Below are positions 37,660-45,798 of a stretch of 64,000 bases of DNA, piece by piece. The notes beneath the pieces were generated by a model. The model was not told the DNA's origin. It did no database searches and saw only the letters and a program-made list of their open reading frames with translations. The stretch's first letter is position 1, and each line of letters starts with the position of its first letter. This DNA comes from a virus, in IMG/VR virus record IMGVR_UViG_3300031977_002889; one strand, written 5' to 3'. The position numbers were made by a program, and so were the translations under genes.

Positions 37660-38185
37660 AATGGTTTCCTTCAAACGGAGCAAATAAATTAATCCACCAT
37701 TTATTTACTGGTCCTTTTTTTGAATGTCCTAATAAATTTAGCATTCCATAAAACACATACGAATATATATATACTAACAAAAAATGGTAAAAAAAGCCAT
37801 AATATAATGCAATCATCCAAGTTACTGCCATTGTCATTAAACCATACTTATGAAAAAACATTATTCTTGGATTTTGATATAAATCTTTTACAAATTTTCG
37901 CGGGATATTTTTTATTCTCCAAGTTGAGAACAATATTTGATGCCATTTTTTATATAATGGACTATGAGGATCTTTAGGAGTATCTGAATATGCATGATGC
38001 ATTCTATGAATTCCAGACCAACTTAATGCGGACTGACCTCCACATAATACACCGCAATAAAGCATAATACATTGTCCTATAGGAGATACTTTTATTTCAC
38101 CATGTGAGAAACAACGATGATAGCCAAACGTAATACCTATAGAAGCTAAGATATAATATAAGATATAAGATTCAATGAATACCAT
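37640..38185 (-). CDS. Membrane fatty acid desaturase (delta-9-like)
   Basis: His boxes HRCFSH, HRMHH, HYDHH; DPHSP; TM segments. Confidence 0.9.
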   Translation of the reverse strand: MVFIESYILYYILASIGITFGYHRCFSHGEIKVSPIGQCIMLYCGVLCGGQSALSWSGIHRMHHAYSDTPKDPHSPLYKKWHQILFSTWRIKNIPRKFVKDLYQNPRIMFFHKYGLMTMAVTWMIALYYGFFYHFLLVYIYSYVFYGMLNLLGHSKKGPVNKWWINLFAPFEGNHYDHHKR

Positions 38186-38202
38186 AATACAATTCTCCAA
38201 AA

Positions 38203-38232
38203 TAAAAATAGAGGGCTAACCGTGGCCCTCTG
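38203..38232 (-). terminator. Rho-independent terminator
   Basis: AGAGGGC-CACGGTTA-GCCCTCT followed by T-rich tail. Confidence 0.6.
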
Positions 38233-38274
38233 CGTGCTTATTACGTAGCAACCCGATTCATAATATTATATATA

Positions 38275-38622
38275 TTAGAATTTAAAAGATGCACCTACTG
38301 TGAGGTTATCTTGATCGAAATCTTCATTAGTTTCGACTGTTACATATGCTTCAGCATTCTCTAAGAATGGATATCTCATAGACCATTCTAGATCCAACTT
38401 TTCGTCAGATAGATTTTGCATATCTAGTTCTGTTTCGACACCCCAGTTAATTCCCCAAAGGTTATAACCTACATATGGAGTAGCAGTAATTGCTTCTGCT
38501 TCTGTGTCGAAGTTGTATTCAGCTTCTAGCGTTGCGCCTGCTGAGAATCCACCGCCGAGTTCGGCGGCGTTGATAGTTGTTGCTGTCAATAGAGCAGCAG
38601 TTGTTAGTGCAATGAATTTCAA
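38275..38622 (-). CDS. Small outer-membrane beta-barrel/porin-like protein
   Basis: Signal peptide, alternating amphipathic strands, C-terminal GASFKF. Confidence 0.65.
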   Translation of the reverse strand: MKFIALTTAALLTATTINAAELGGGFSAGATLEAEYNFDTEAEAITATPYVGYNLWGINWGVETELDMQNLSDEKLDLEWSMRYPFLENAEAYVTVETNEDFDQDNLTVGASFKF

Positions 38623-38634
38623 TATATCGTTCCT

Positions 38635-38865
38635 TTATTTACGATGCCAGATTTCGTATAGAACCCAAACTGCGATCAAACCAACTAGGCCTTGAGAACC
38701 AAGAGCAGCAATAATACCGCTTACGTTATCAATAACACTAGAAACGGGTAGGAAAGGAATGTTGCCTAGACCTAATACTTCTAAGACAATCATCAATGCT
38801 GCAAGACTAATACCGACTTCAGCAAGAGATCCTGCCCATGTTTTTACTTTGTTTAGAATTTCCAT
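38635..38865 (-). CDS. Small two-TM membrane protein
   Basis: Two hydrophobic helices; GGAG RBS. Confidence 0.65.
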   Translation of the reverse strand: MEILNKVKTWAGSLAEVGISLAALMIVLEVLGLGNIPFLPVSSVIDNVSGIIAALGSQGLVGLIAVWVLYEIWHRK

Positions 38866-38887
38866 TTAGAATTCTCCTTTGTTGAAT

Positions 38888-39155
38888 AGTGTCACTTTTC
38901 TGTTGCTAGGTAAGTGACCAACCCCCTGTGTTATGCTGCTAAAGCGTAACCAGATGGTGCAAAGTTATCGTTTGCATTTGTGTTTCGTAGACTCAAATAC
39001 CAGTCGATCCTATTTCAGCCCCATCATAAACACACGACTTGTGACTTTCGGTCCTTGTCCTATGCACAGGAAAGCAGGTGCATCTACTCTCATGTGTTTA
39101 TGGTGGAGCTGCGCGGTACTGCCCCGCGGTCCTGAATACTCTCTAACATCTACTG
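38888..39155 (-). ncRNA. ssrA: Permuted two-piece tmRNA (alphaproteobacterial type), tag ANDNFAPSGYALAA
   Basis: Acceptor piece ends CGCGG-GGCAGTA-CCGCG-CAGCTCC-ACCA (3' end at 39101); intervening stem; coding piece starts GGGGCTGAAATAGGATCGAC (39022); G3-U70 pair; tag ORF 38975-38931. Confidence 0.93.
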
Positions 39156-39160
39156 TCGTT

Positions 39161-39200
39161 TATTTATTAATTCTACCACATCTGGGAGAAAATGTAAACC
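39161..39200 (-). promoter_or_regulatory. Early promoter plus late-like box for tmRNA
   Basis: GTTTACA-N-TGTGGTAGAAT followed by AATAAATA. Confidence 0.7.
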
Positions 39201-39261
39201 TTAAATATATGCTAAGTGACATTTGTGACATTTTTATCACTAAAGTTTAATACCATTATTT

Positions 39262-39269
39262 TATAAATA
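39262..39269 (+). promoter_or_regulatory. T4-type late promoter
   Basis: TATAAATA upstream of a two-gene plus-strand unit. Confidence 0.65.
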
Positions 39270-39321
39270 GCTACAAGAGCGGCAAATACATTGATCATGA
39301 GAGAACTAAAACGAGGACAAC

Positions 39322-39798
39322 ATGGTCGATCCAATTACGGCTGTCGGTTTGGCTACGACTGCATTTAACGGCATTAAGCAAGCCATATCGATGGGTAAAG
39401 ATATCCAGTCAATGGGTACACAATTAGGTCAATGGTCTAAGGCCATTTCTGATTTAAACTATTCGCATGAAAAAGCACAAAAACCACCTTGGTGGAAAAA
39501 ACTTGGTGGAGGCGTAGAAGCTAATGCCATGGAAGTGTGGATGCAAAAGAAAAAAGCTGATGAAATGAGAGAAGAATTAAGATCTCATATCAGTCTTTTT
39601 TATGGTCCATCTGCATGGGATGAAATAGTAAAAATTGAAGCACAAATGCGTAAAGAACAAAAAGAAGCAATTTACGCTAAAGAAGAAATGAAACAAAAAA
39701 TAATGGAATGGATAGTTGGTATTATTGCTACTCTAGTAGGAGGTGCAGTAGTTATATTTGTAATATGGTTAATAGGAAAAGGTCAAGGTCGTTGGTAA
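39322..39798 (+). CDS. Hypothetical membrane-anchored protein
   Basis: MVDPITA start, coiled coil, C-terminal TM. Confidence 0.7.
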   Translation: MVDPITAVGLATTAFNGIKQAISMGKDIQSMGTQLGQWSKAISDLNYSHEKAQKPPWWKKLGGGVEANAMEVWMQKKKADEMREELRSHISLFYGPSAWDEIVKIEAQMRKEQKEAIYAKEEMKQKIMEWIVGIIATLVGGAVVIFVIWLIGKGQGRW

Positions 39799-40011
39799 AT
39801 GTTAGCACATGTCTTTGTTCTTGTACTTATGATAGATGGTAAAATAGTAAGCCAAGACATGCACTTTTGGTCAATCGAAAGATGTAATTATTTTGCTGGG
39901 CAAATGGTGAAAAGATATGGTCGAGGTAAAATACCTGACGAACAATCACCATTTGCCTATTGCAAACCTAAATTAGTAGACACCAGCAAAATAAAACCAG
40001 AAGTTTATTAA
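39799..40011 (+). CDS. Small exported protein
   Basis: Hydrophobic N-terminus, F.SIERC..FA, YCKP. Confidence 0.6.
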   Translation: MLAHVFVLVLMIDGKIVSQDMHFWSIERCNYFAGQMVKRYGRGKIPDEQSPFAYCKPKLVDTSKIKPEVY

Positions 40012-40037
40012 TCATTTCAGAAGTTTATTAATCATTT
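39998..40037. repeat. Perfect 20-bp tandem duplication
   Basis: CAGAAGTTTATTAATCATTT x2 at the junction of convergent genes. Confidence 0.95.
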
Positions 40038-40426
40038 AAATCATGATTATGAATTGCCATAATCGCATAATGAATTACTTTCTGTAAATCTTTACGGCCT
40101 TGTTCACGATCACCTTTCTTTCCATAGCGCTGAGCATACTTCAAGATATTTCCAATACAGAAACCTTCGGCATGGCCACTATCGAAAATAAATTCTGTAG
40201 CTTGAAATTTATTTTTAGCATAGTGCTGATTATATGTTGAATCGATATAATCTTGCATTTCATCTAAAAGGCCTTTTTCATTGAACTTATATTCAATAGT
40301 AGAAGGCCAACCAAATGTATAATCTTCAGTTTCTTTAGGATTAAATCCCAAAGTCATATTACTCATATTGCTTGTATCAATTGTGATGAATCCATCATCT
40401 TCAAGATCTTTTTTCTTCTGAGCCAT
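40028..40426 (-). CDS. DUF3310-like protein (T7 gp1.7-related nucleotide kinase family)
   Basis: HY, GFCIGNILKYAQRYGKK, DLQKVIHY. Confidence 0.75.
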   Translation of the reverse strand: MAQKKKDLEDDGFITIDTSNMSNMTLGFNPKETEDYTFGWPSTIEYKFNEKGLLDEMQDYIDSTYNQHYAKNKFQATEFIFDSGHAEGFCIGNILKYAQRYGKKGDREQGRKDLQKVIHYAIMAIHNHDLND

Positions 40427-40926
40427 TATTTTCTCCTATAAAAAATATGAGAACCAATTCTTGTCACACGATCAAGAGTAGGCGCCCAATAAGGTTTTAC
40501 ATATGTAGCATGATAGTGTGTTGAACCTTCAGTAATTCCACGATATGCTCCATGAACATAGAAATCACGAGCAAACTTACGTGAACGCTCCCATGCTTCT
40601 GAATTGTTTGGTGTGTCAGCTTTACCGTCACAATACCAACTAAATTGACAAGTGCGCTTTCCTACAACATATCCATCATGTACTACATCACAAATTGTAT
40701 CAGGATAATATCTACTTTCAACTCTATTTTGAACCACGTCTGAAACCGCCATAGCATCAGCCATACTTACAGCTCGTGTTTCAAAATAGATATTCAAAGC
40801 AAGACACTCAAGTTCTTTAGCTTCAAACTTTTCTTGTTCTAGTTTTTGAGCATATGCTGGAAAAGCATAAATGCTACCAATAACCATACTGCCTGTTAAT
40901 AATCCAGATAAGATTGACTTCCACAT
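40426..40926 (-). CDS. SleB-like cell wall hydrolase
   Basis: CLALNIYFETR, VVQNRV, CQFSW, GSTHYHA, IGSHIFY; N-terminal signal/anchor. Confidence 0.9.
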   Translation of the reverse strand: MWKSILSGLLTGSMVIGSIYAFPAYAQKLEQEKFEAKELECLALNIYFETRAVSMADAMAVSDVVQNRVESRYYPDTICDVVHDGYVVGKRTCQFSWYCDGKADTPNNSEAWERSRKFARDFYVHGAYRGITEGSTHYHATYVKPYWAPTLDRVTRIGSHIFYRRK

Positions 40927-41038
40927 TATTTTTGCCTCATATAATATTGGTGTATCAACGTTTCGCCTGCACATATGCGTTGATACAATTCACGTAGACT
41001 AATTTGGTGGTACTTTGCCACTTCTTTATATAATTGAT

Positions 41039-41269
41039 CTACCATTCTTTTCGGTCTTCTTCGTTATCCCAACCATAGCGATATGCTTCGATCTCACCTA
41101 CAGTCATGTTGTCTTTTTCAACTCGCTCACCTTTATGAGTGCCATATGGCCAGTAGTGAGGGTCGAAAGAACGGTGATAATAGCGGTCAGCAGAACCCCT
41201 ATCTTGAGGACTGCCATGTAAAGGAATACCATCAGTTACGATGATGTCAAAATCTGGATACTTTGTCAT
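41039..41269 (-). CDS. Small hypothetical protein
   Basis: HGSPQDRGSADRYY motif. Confidence 0.65.
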   Translation of the reverse strand: MTKYPDFDIIVTDGIPLHGSPQDRGSADRYYHRSFDPHYWPYGTHKGERVEKDNMTVGEIEAYRYGWDNEEDRKEW

Positions 41270-41487
41270 TAGTAAGTCTCCAATCCTGTGAAACCTTCTT
41301 GTGTCCAACCACGAGCTTCAGCGTGACCAAGAACAATATCTTGATAATTTGAAGCAGGCCACCAACCCTCTTTAAGGGCCCATTGTTTCATATCAAGTTG
41401 AACCATTATCGATTGTTCACCTTGAGCTGTATCAGCATTGATACGTCTAATTTCATCTCCAACAAAAGCGATTTCTGCTATAGACAT
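41269..41487 (-). CDS. Small hypothetical protein
   Basis: Coupled ORF. Confidence 0.6.
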   Translation of the reverse strand: MSIAEIAFVGDEIRRINADTAQGEQSIMVQLDMKQWALKEGWWPASNYQDIVLGHAEARGWTQEGFTGLETY

Positions 41488-41798
41488 TATGCTACCTCCT
41501 TGAACCCAACCATACCAACTTCGTACTCAACACCATTTACTTCCATGCGGTCAAACATAGATGTGGAACGAAGACCTAAACCATCTTCACGCTCAACAAG
41601 AACGGTAACGTCATCGTTAGCATCTTCACCGATCTTCTTAGACCAGCTACCCATTAGATTGTTTGTCCAACGGAACGCATATTCCAAAACGTCAGTTACG
41701 TTGTGTCCATCTGAAAAGTTAACCTCAGCAACAGGTGTGAAACCTTCTACGGCGCCTGTGATTTCATTGTAAGTTATGTGCTTAACGATGATTTTCAT
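41487..41798 (-). CDS. Early hypothetical protein
   Basis: Follows the repeated leader; RSTSMFD motif. Confidence 0.65.
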   Translation of the reverse strand: MKIIVKHITYNEITGAVEGFTPVAEVNFSDGHNVTDVLEYAFRWTNNLMGSWSKKIGEDANDDVTVLVEREDGLGLRSTSMFDRMEVNGVEYEVGMVGFKEVA

Positions 41799-41802
41799 AA
41801 CA

Positions 41803-41903
41803 TTCTCCTTCATTTGATATAACTATCCTACTATATTCTGAAGGCAATGTACATGCTTTTTTTAAAATTCTTTTTATTTAAAATCAATAACTTATGATTT
41901 TTT
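41803..41903 (-). promoter_or_regulatory. Repeated early promoter/leader, copy 3, with upstream IHF-consensus site
   Basis: GCATGTACATTG-N-TAGGAT-N-ATATCAAATGAAGGAG; AATCAATAACTTA at 41882-41894. Confidence 0.8.
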
Positions 41904-42605
41904 TTATTTTTTAATGAATTTTCTTATGATTGGAAACACTTTTTCAATCTCTTTGGCACATTCAAGAGCAACTTCACGGTGTTCTTTTTGTGTACCATTT
42001 CCAGATCTTAGTTCGATGTAGTGCATCCATGAACGAATAGTACCATTCATATAAATTCGTGACATCATATTACCTTCAGGCAATACAGCTCGAGCTTGTT
42101 CTTTAGCAATACCATTTTCAATTGCCCACTGATATACTTCTTTAGCTTGATTTATAACCCCGTGTTGTCTACGACCCCACTCAGTAATGAGATCTTGTTT
42201 TTTCAAATCTAATTGAATAGCAGGATCATTTTCGATTTCAATAGAATTTTGACGATTAGTATGGTCTTGAAGGCGAGCTTCACGTTTTACCATATCTAAA
42301 TCTTTAGTTGGATCAGCATATCGTTGACTAAACTCTTGAAAGCTAAAACTTCTATGTCTTAAGATTTGTCTCGCGATGTCTCTTGTTGTTTCAATTTCGA
42401 GGCATGCTGAGACCATTTCGAATGGCGACCAGTGAGATTCTTTGGCAAGGTATGACAAGAGTCTCTCAGCTGTTTTCTTGTTGGATTGGTTGGATGGATT
42501 GGAGACACGGGCGCAATACGCGATGAGATCTTGGGCATCATCAATTCCTATAAAAGCATCTTTTGCGGGTTGTGAATAACTAATTAGTCTTACATTAGGT
42601 TTCAA
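41904..42605 (-). CDS. thyX: Flavin-dependent thymidylate synthase
   Basis: ARVS, HWSPFE, RHRSFSFQEFSQRY, EQARAVLP, TQKEHR. Confidence 0.97.
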   Translation of the reverse strand: MKPNVRLISYSQPAKDAFIGIDDAQDLIAYCARVSNPSNQSNKKTAERLLSYLAKESHWSPFEMVSACLEIETTRDIARQILRHRSFSFQEFSQRYADPTKDLDMVKREARLQDHTNRQNSIEIENDPAIQLDLKKQDLITEWGRRQHGVINQAKEVYQWAIENGIAKEQARAVLPEGNMMSRIYMNGTIRSWMHYIELRSGNGTQKEHREVALECAKEIEKVFPIIRKFIKK

Positions 42606-43966
42606 AGTTTAAAATCCTCAAATTTCTTTCCAGCTGGAGTTTTATCAAATACTGGTGTATCATCGGTTAACGTTTGTTGGGAATCATCCACATCAAAAAG
42701 GCGCATACGACTTCTATCGACACCAACAACAAATCTTTTATAATGAGTAGGATCGTTGTACCGATTCTTAAGCTGTTTGACCATAATTTGACCTTGTCGT
42801 TCGAGCTCTTCTGTCGAGATGAGTGCAAACATGAGGTCTGCGGTAGCGGGTAATCCAAAAGATTCAGAGGTATCTTCAAGCCCAACATCCGAGTTAGAAT
42901 AACCACTGCGAGTCGTTTGCGTTGCAGAGAATATCGGTAGGTCGTATTCCACTGCAAGACCTCGTAATTCTTCAGCAATTGCTTTAATGTAGTTGTATGA
43001 ATTGATAGCACCACCCATTCCTTTCATACGGCTAGATGCGCAGATATTAAGATAATCAATAAAAATAATATCAGGTACAAATTGTTTTTTAAGTTTTAGT
43101 TCATTTAATAGTGCTCTAAAATGACCAGCATGAGCAGAACCAGTTGGATATTCTTTTACAATAAGCTTACCAGTTGTTTTACGAGCAAGATCAGCAACTT
43201 TAGTCGTAAACATATCTTTTGATAGATTGTCAAGTTGATCGATTGGAACATTTAATAAGTTAGCATCGATACGTTCAGCAATCCTTTCTTCTGCCATTTC
43301 CATAGTAATATAAAGAACATTATGACCTTCAGTCAATGCGCTAGCCGCAACATGGCACATGAATAATGATTTACCAACACCTGTGCCAGCAAGAGCAATA
43401 TTAAGAGTCTTGTTTGGTACACCGCCTTTGGTAATTTTGTTAAAATACTCAAGATCAAAAGGAATACGAGATTCTTCTGTATGATAGAAATCATAACGTT
43501 GATTCACATCTTCAATATAATCGTGACCAACTGAAGCATCAAATGTCACAGCAAGAGCATCTTGTAAAAGAGATGGCAAACTATTTTTTGTAAGCGTAGA
43601 ATGTTTACCATCAATAATAGTAATTGATTCCATTACAGCATTATAGATTGCTCGATCTTGACACCACTTTTCAGTATTATCAAGTAACCATTTATCATCT
43701 ACTTTATCACCAACAAATAATGTTTCAGCAATTTCACATGCTGCAGTATAAGCATCACCACTTAAAGTTGAATTATTTAACTCAACCATAAATGATTCTG
43801 CTGTAGGTAACTTATTATATTTTGCTACATATTTACCGGCTTCTTTAAAAAGAGTACGATAAGGTCCTTCGAAATATTCTGGTTTAATAAATGGCAAAAC
43901 ACGACGCATATAATCATCGTCTGTCAATAAGTTTCTTAAAATAGTTTGTTCTATTTTGTTATTCAA
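42602..43966 (-). CDS. 41: Replicative DNA helicase gp41
   Basis: AGTGVGKS, ITMEMAEE, IFIDYLNI, SESFGLPATAD, QLKNRY. Confidence 0.97.
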   Translation of the reverse strand: MNNKIEQTILRNLLTDDDYMRRVLPFIKPEYFEGPYRTLFKEAGKYVAKYNKLPTAESFMVELNNSTLSGDAYTAACEIAETLFVGDKVDDKWLLDNTEKWCQDRAIYNAVMESITIIDGKHSTLTKNSLPSLLQDALAVTFDASVGHDYIEDVNQRYDFYHTEESRIPFDLEYFNKITKGGVPNKTLNIALAGTGVGKSLFMCHVAASALTEGHNVLYITMEMAEERIAERIDANLLNVPIDQLDNLSKDMFTTKVADLARKTTGKLIVKEYPTGSAHAGHFRALLNELKLKKQFVPDIIFIDYLNICASSRMKGMGGAINSYNYIKAIAEELRGLAVEYDLPIFSATQTTRSGYSNSDVGLEDTSESFGLPATADLMFALISTEELERQGQIMVKQLKNRYNDPTHYKRFVVGVDRSRMRLFDVDDSQQTLTDDTPVFDKTPAGKKFEDFKL

Positions 43967-44306
43967 TATACCCTACCGTTTCTCTTACTATATCGTTATG
44001 ATTAAACTCAGCCCAATAGAGTTCGTAAGCAACACCAGACTCTAAACATTCAAACTGATGATAGAGGCCTGGTTTGACTTTATGATAATCACCTTCTTGA
44101 AGAACTGTAACATCAACTAAATCATAGTCGCGTTGCCAGGTACGAATAAGCATGCTACCTGATTCAACATAAAATCCATTCCATTTATAACGATGTAAGT
44201 GTTTAGAGCATACGCCACCTTCTTCCATTTCAATACGATGAAACTCTAAAGCACCATTTGCTTCAATCAATTCCGTCGTTCCCCAAACTTTACCTGCTTT
44301 CATCAT
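43959..44306 (-). CDS. Cupin domain protein
   Basis: KVWG, CSKHLH..KWNGFYVESG, PGLYHQF. Confidence 0.75.
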   Translation of the reverse strand: MMKAGKVWGTTELIEANGALEFHRIEMEEGGVCSKHLHRYKWNGFYVESGSMLIRTWQRDYDLVDVTVLQEGDYHKVKPGLYHQFECLESGVAYELYWAEFNHNDIVRETVGYIE

Positions 44307-44363
44307 TCATTCTCCATCAATGCTGCCCAATTGCAACCCTCGAGCAGTTCTACCATTGTTACC

Positions 44364-44612
44364 TTAGCCAAAACGATCCCTCATTAGTTTATCTCTTATT
44401 CTACGAGTATATATTGTTTCAGGTATTTGATCTATGATTTCAATTAGAAGTTTCAAATCTTCTCGGTCAAATCCTCCATACTCTGTATCTTTGTTTACAA
44501 TGTAGCCACGTCTGTTGAGTTCGTCGATGAAGTCTTGATCGTCCAAACTGTCGATGATATCACCTATATAAACATCTACATCTACCTCTACATTTACAGT
44601 TTTATAGCGCAT
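44364..44612 (-). CDS. Hypothetical protein
   Basis: Intact small ORF. Confidence 0.55.
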   Translation of the reverse strand: MRYKTVNVEVDVDVYIGDIIDSLDDQDFIDELNRRGYIVNKDTEYGGFDREDLKLLIEIIDQIPETIYTRRIRDKLMRDRFG

Positions 44613-44613
44613 T

Positions 44614-44811
44614 TTAGTGCTCCAATCCAAATTCGAAGTCCAGTCGGTAACCATCACTAGGTTTATAACCAAAGTGCCTAAGTTCTTTGATTTCGTTCAT
44701 CATAGCATTGCCGCTATAGTTAGCATAAGGATACTTGCCTAACAATCGTTCACCCGTCTTACAACGTGCATCTTTCTTGAAGACAAACAGTGTGTAACCA
44801 TATTGTGTCAT
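44614..44811 (-). CDS. Hypothetical protein
   Basis: KKDARCKTGER motif. Confidence 0.6.
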   Translation of the reverse strand: MTQYGYTLFVFKKDARCKTGERLLGKYPYANYSGNAMMNEIKELRHFGYKPSDGYRLDFEFGLEH

Positions 44812-45140
44812 TATACATAGGCCTTACCTAGTAAATTTTCTGCTGACCAACGGGCTTCCCAATCTCCAATCCATTCAATTTTCTTTTCTCTTGACCAACC
44901 AGCCAGATAATCATTGTCTCTGTCAAATAGTTTTAATACTTCTTCTTCTGACATTAACTGTGTATCAACAATGTTTTCATTTAAACAAAGTTGGCTGAAC
45001 TCTTCAGCTTCATTGCAAGTCACAGAATCTTTAATAAAAGTTTCTGGATCACAGTCTTTGATGTCACTCGTAGGAATGACATATCTTGTTCTAAACTGTA
45101 GAACCGCGGTTAACACTACATAATCACTCATTTCGCTCAT
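44811..45140 (-). CDS. Hypothetical protein
   Basis: EFSQ, FDRDNDYL. Confidence 0.6.
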   Translation of the reverse strand: MSEMSDYVVLTAVLQFRTRYVIPTSDIKDCDPETFIKDSVTCNEAEEFSQLCLNENIVDTQLMSEEEVLKLFDRDNDYLAGWSREKKIEWIGDWEARWSAENLLGKAYV

Positions 45141-45798
45141 TCCATTTCCTCGCATCTTCAGGTGTATTAATTTCTATTCCATTCCATTCTACCTCATTTA
45201 CACCAATTTGTACACCGTTTTTTATCCATCTTAATTGTTCTAATTGTTCAATTTGTTCTTCAGGATATTTTACATATGACCAATATTTAGCAAGTACTTC
45301 TCTTGTATATCCATACACACCTAAATGCCAATCACCATATCCTTTAAATCCTCTTCCAAACCATAAAGCTCTATTTTCAAATCGAATTAATTTTACCGTA
45401 TTAGGATCATTTTGTAATTCTTTAGGCATTTTAGTATAGACAGTAGATACATGATAAAACCCTAATAAATCTATACAACCTTCAATACAATCAGATGTTA
45501 CGTCAGGCATATCACCTTGAACATTAATAAACTGATCGTATCTTCTTAATAAAGGTATGGCTCCACTACATCTTTCAGTTCCATTTTTGTAATTAGCATT
45601 TTCAACTCTACAATTATTATCATTAAAACGTTCTGCTATACTCCAATCGTCTGTTAAAACATATGTATCAAGACCTGTTTTAGCACATACTTCATATACA
45701 CGCTTTATCATTGGAATACCACCCAAATTTACAAGTGGCTTTCCAGGAAATCGACTAGATTTAAATCTAGCTGGAATAAGAATAGCGGTCGATGTCAT
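45124..45798 (-). CDS. kdsB: CMP-Kdo synthetase
   Basis: IPARFKSSRFPGKPL, GTER, NVQGD, HLGVYGY, EQLEQLR. Confidence 0.92.
   Translation of the reverse strand: MTSTAILIPARFKSSRFPGKPLVNLGGIPMIKRVYEVCAKTGLDTYVLTDDWSIAERFNDNNCRVENANYKNGTERCSGAIPLLRRYDQFINVQGDMPDVTSDCIEGCIDLLGFYHVSTVYTKMPKELQNDPNTVKLIRFENRALWFGRGFKGYGDWHLGVYGYTREVLAKYWSYVKYPEEQIEQLEQLRWIKNGVQIGVNEVEWNGIEINTPEDARKWNERNE

Noticed and set aside
39216-39240. Pho box from GTGACATTT repeats
   Set aside because: Repeat period is 9 bp, not the 11 bp of PhoB sites; the candidate upstream of the Na/Pi gene is also too degenerate
38933-39250. 105-aa plus-strand ORF
   Set aside because: Antisense shadow of the tmRNA gene
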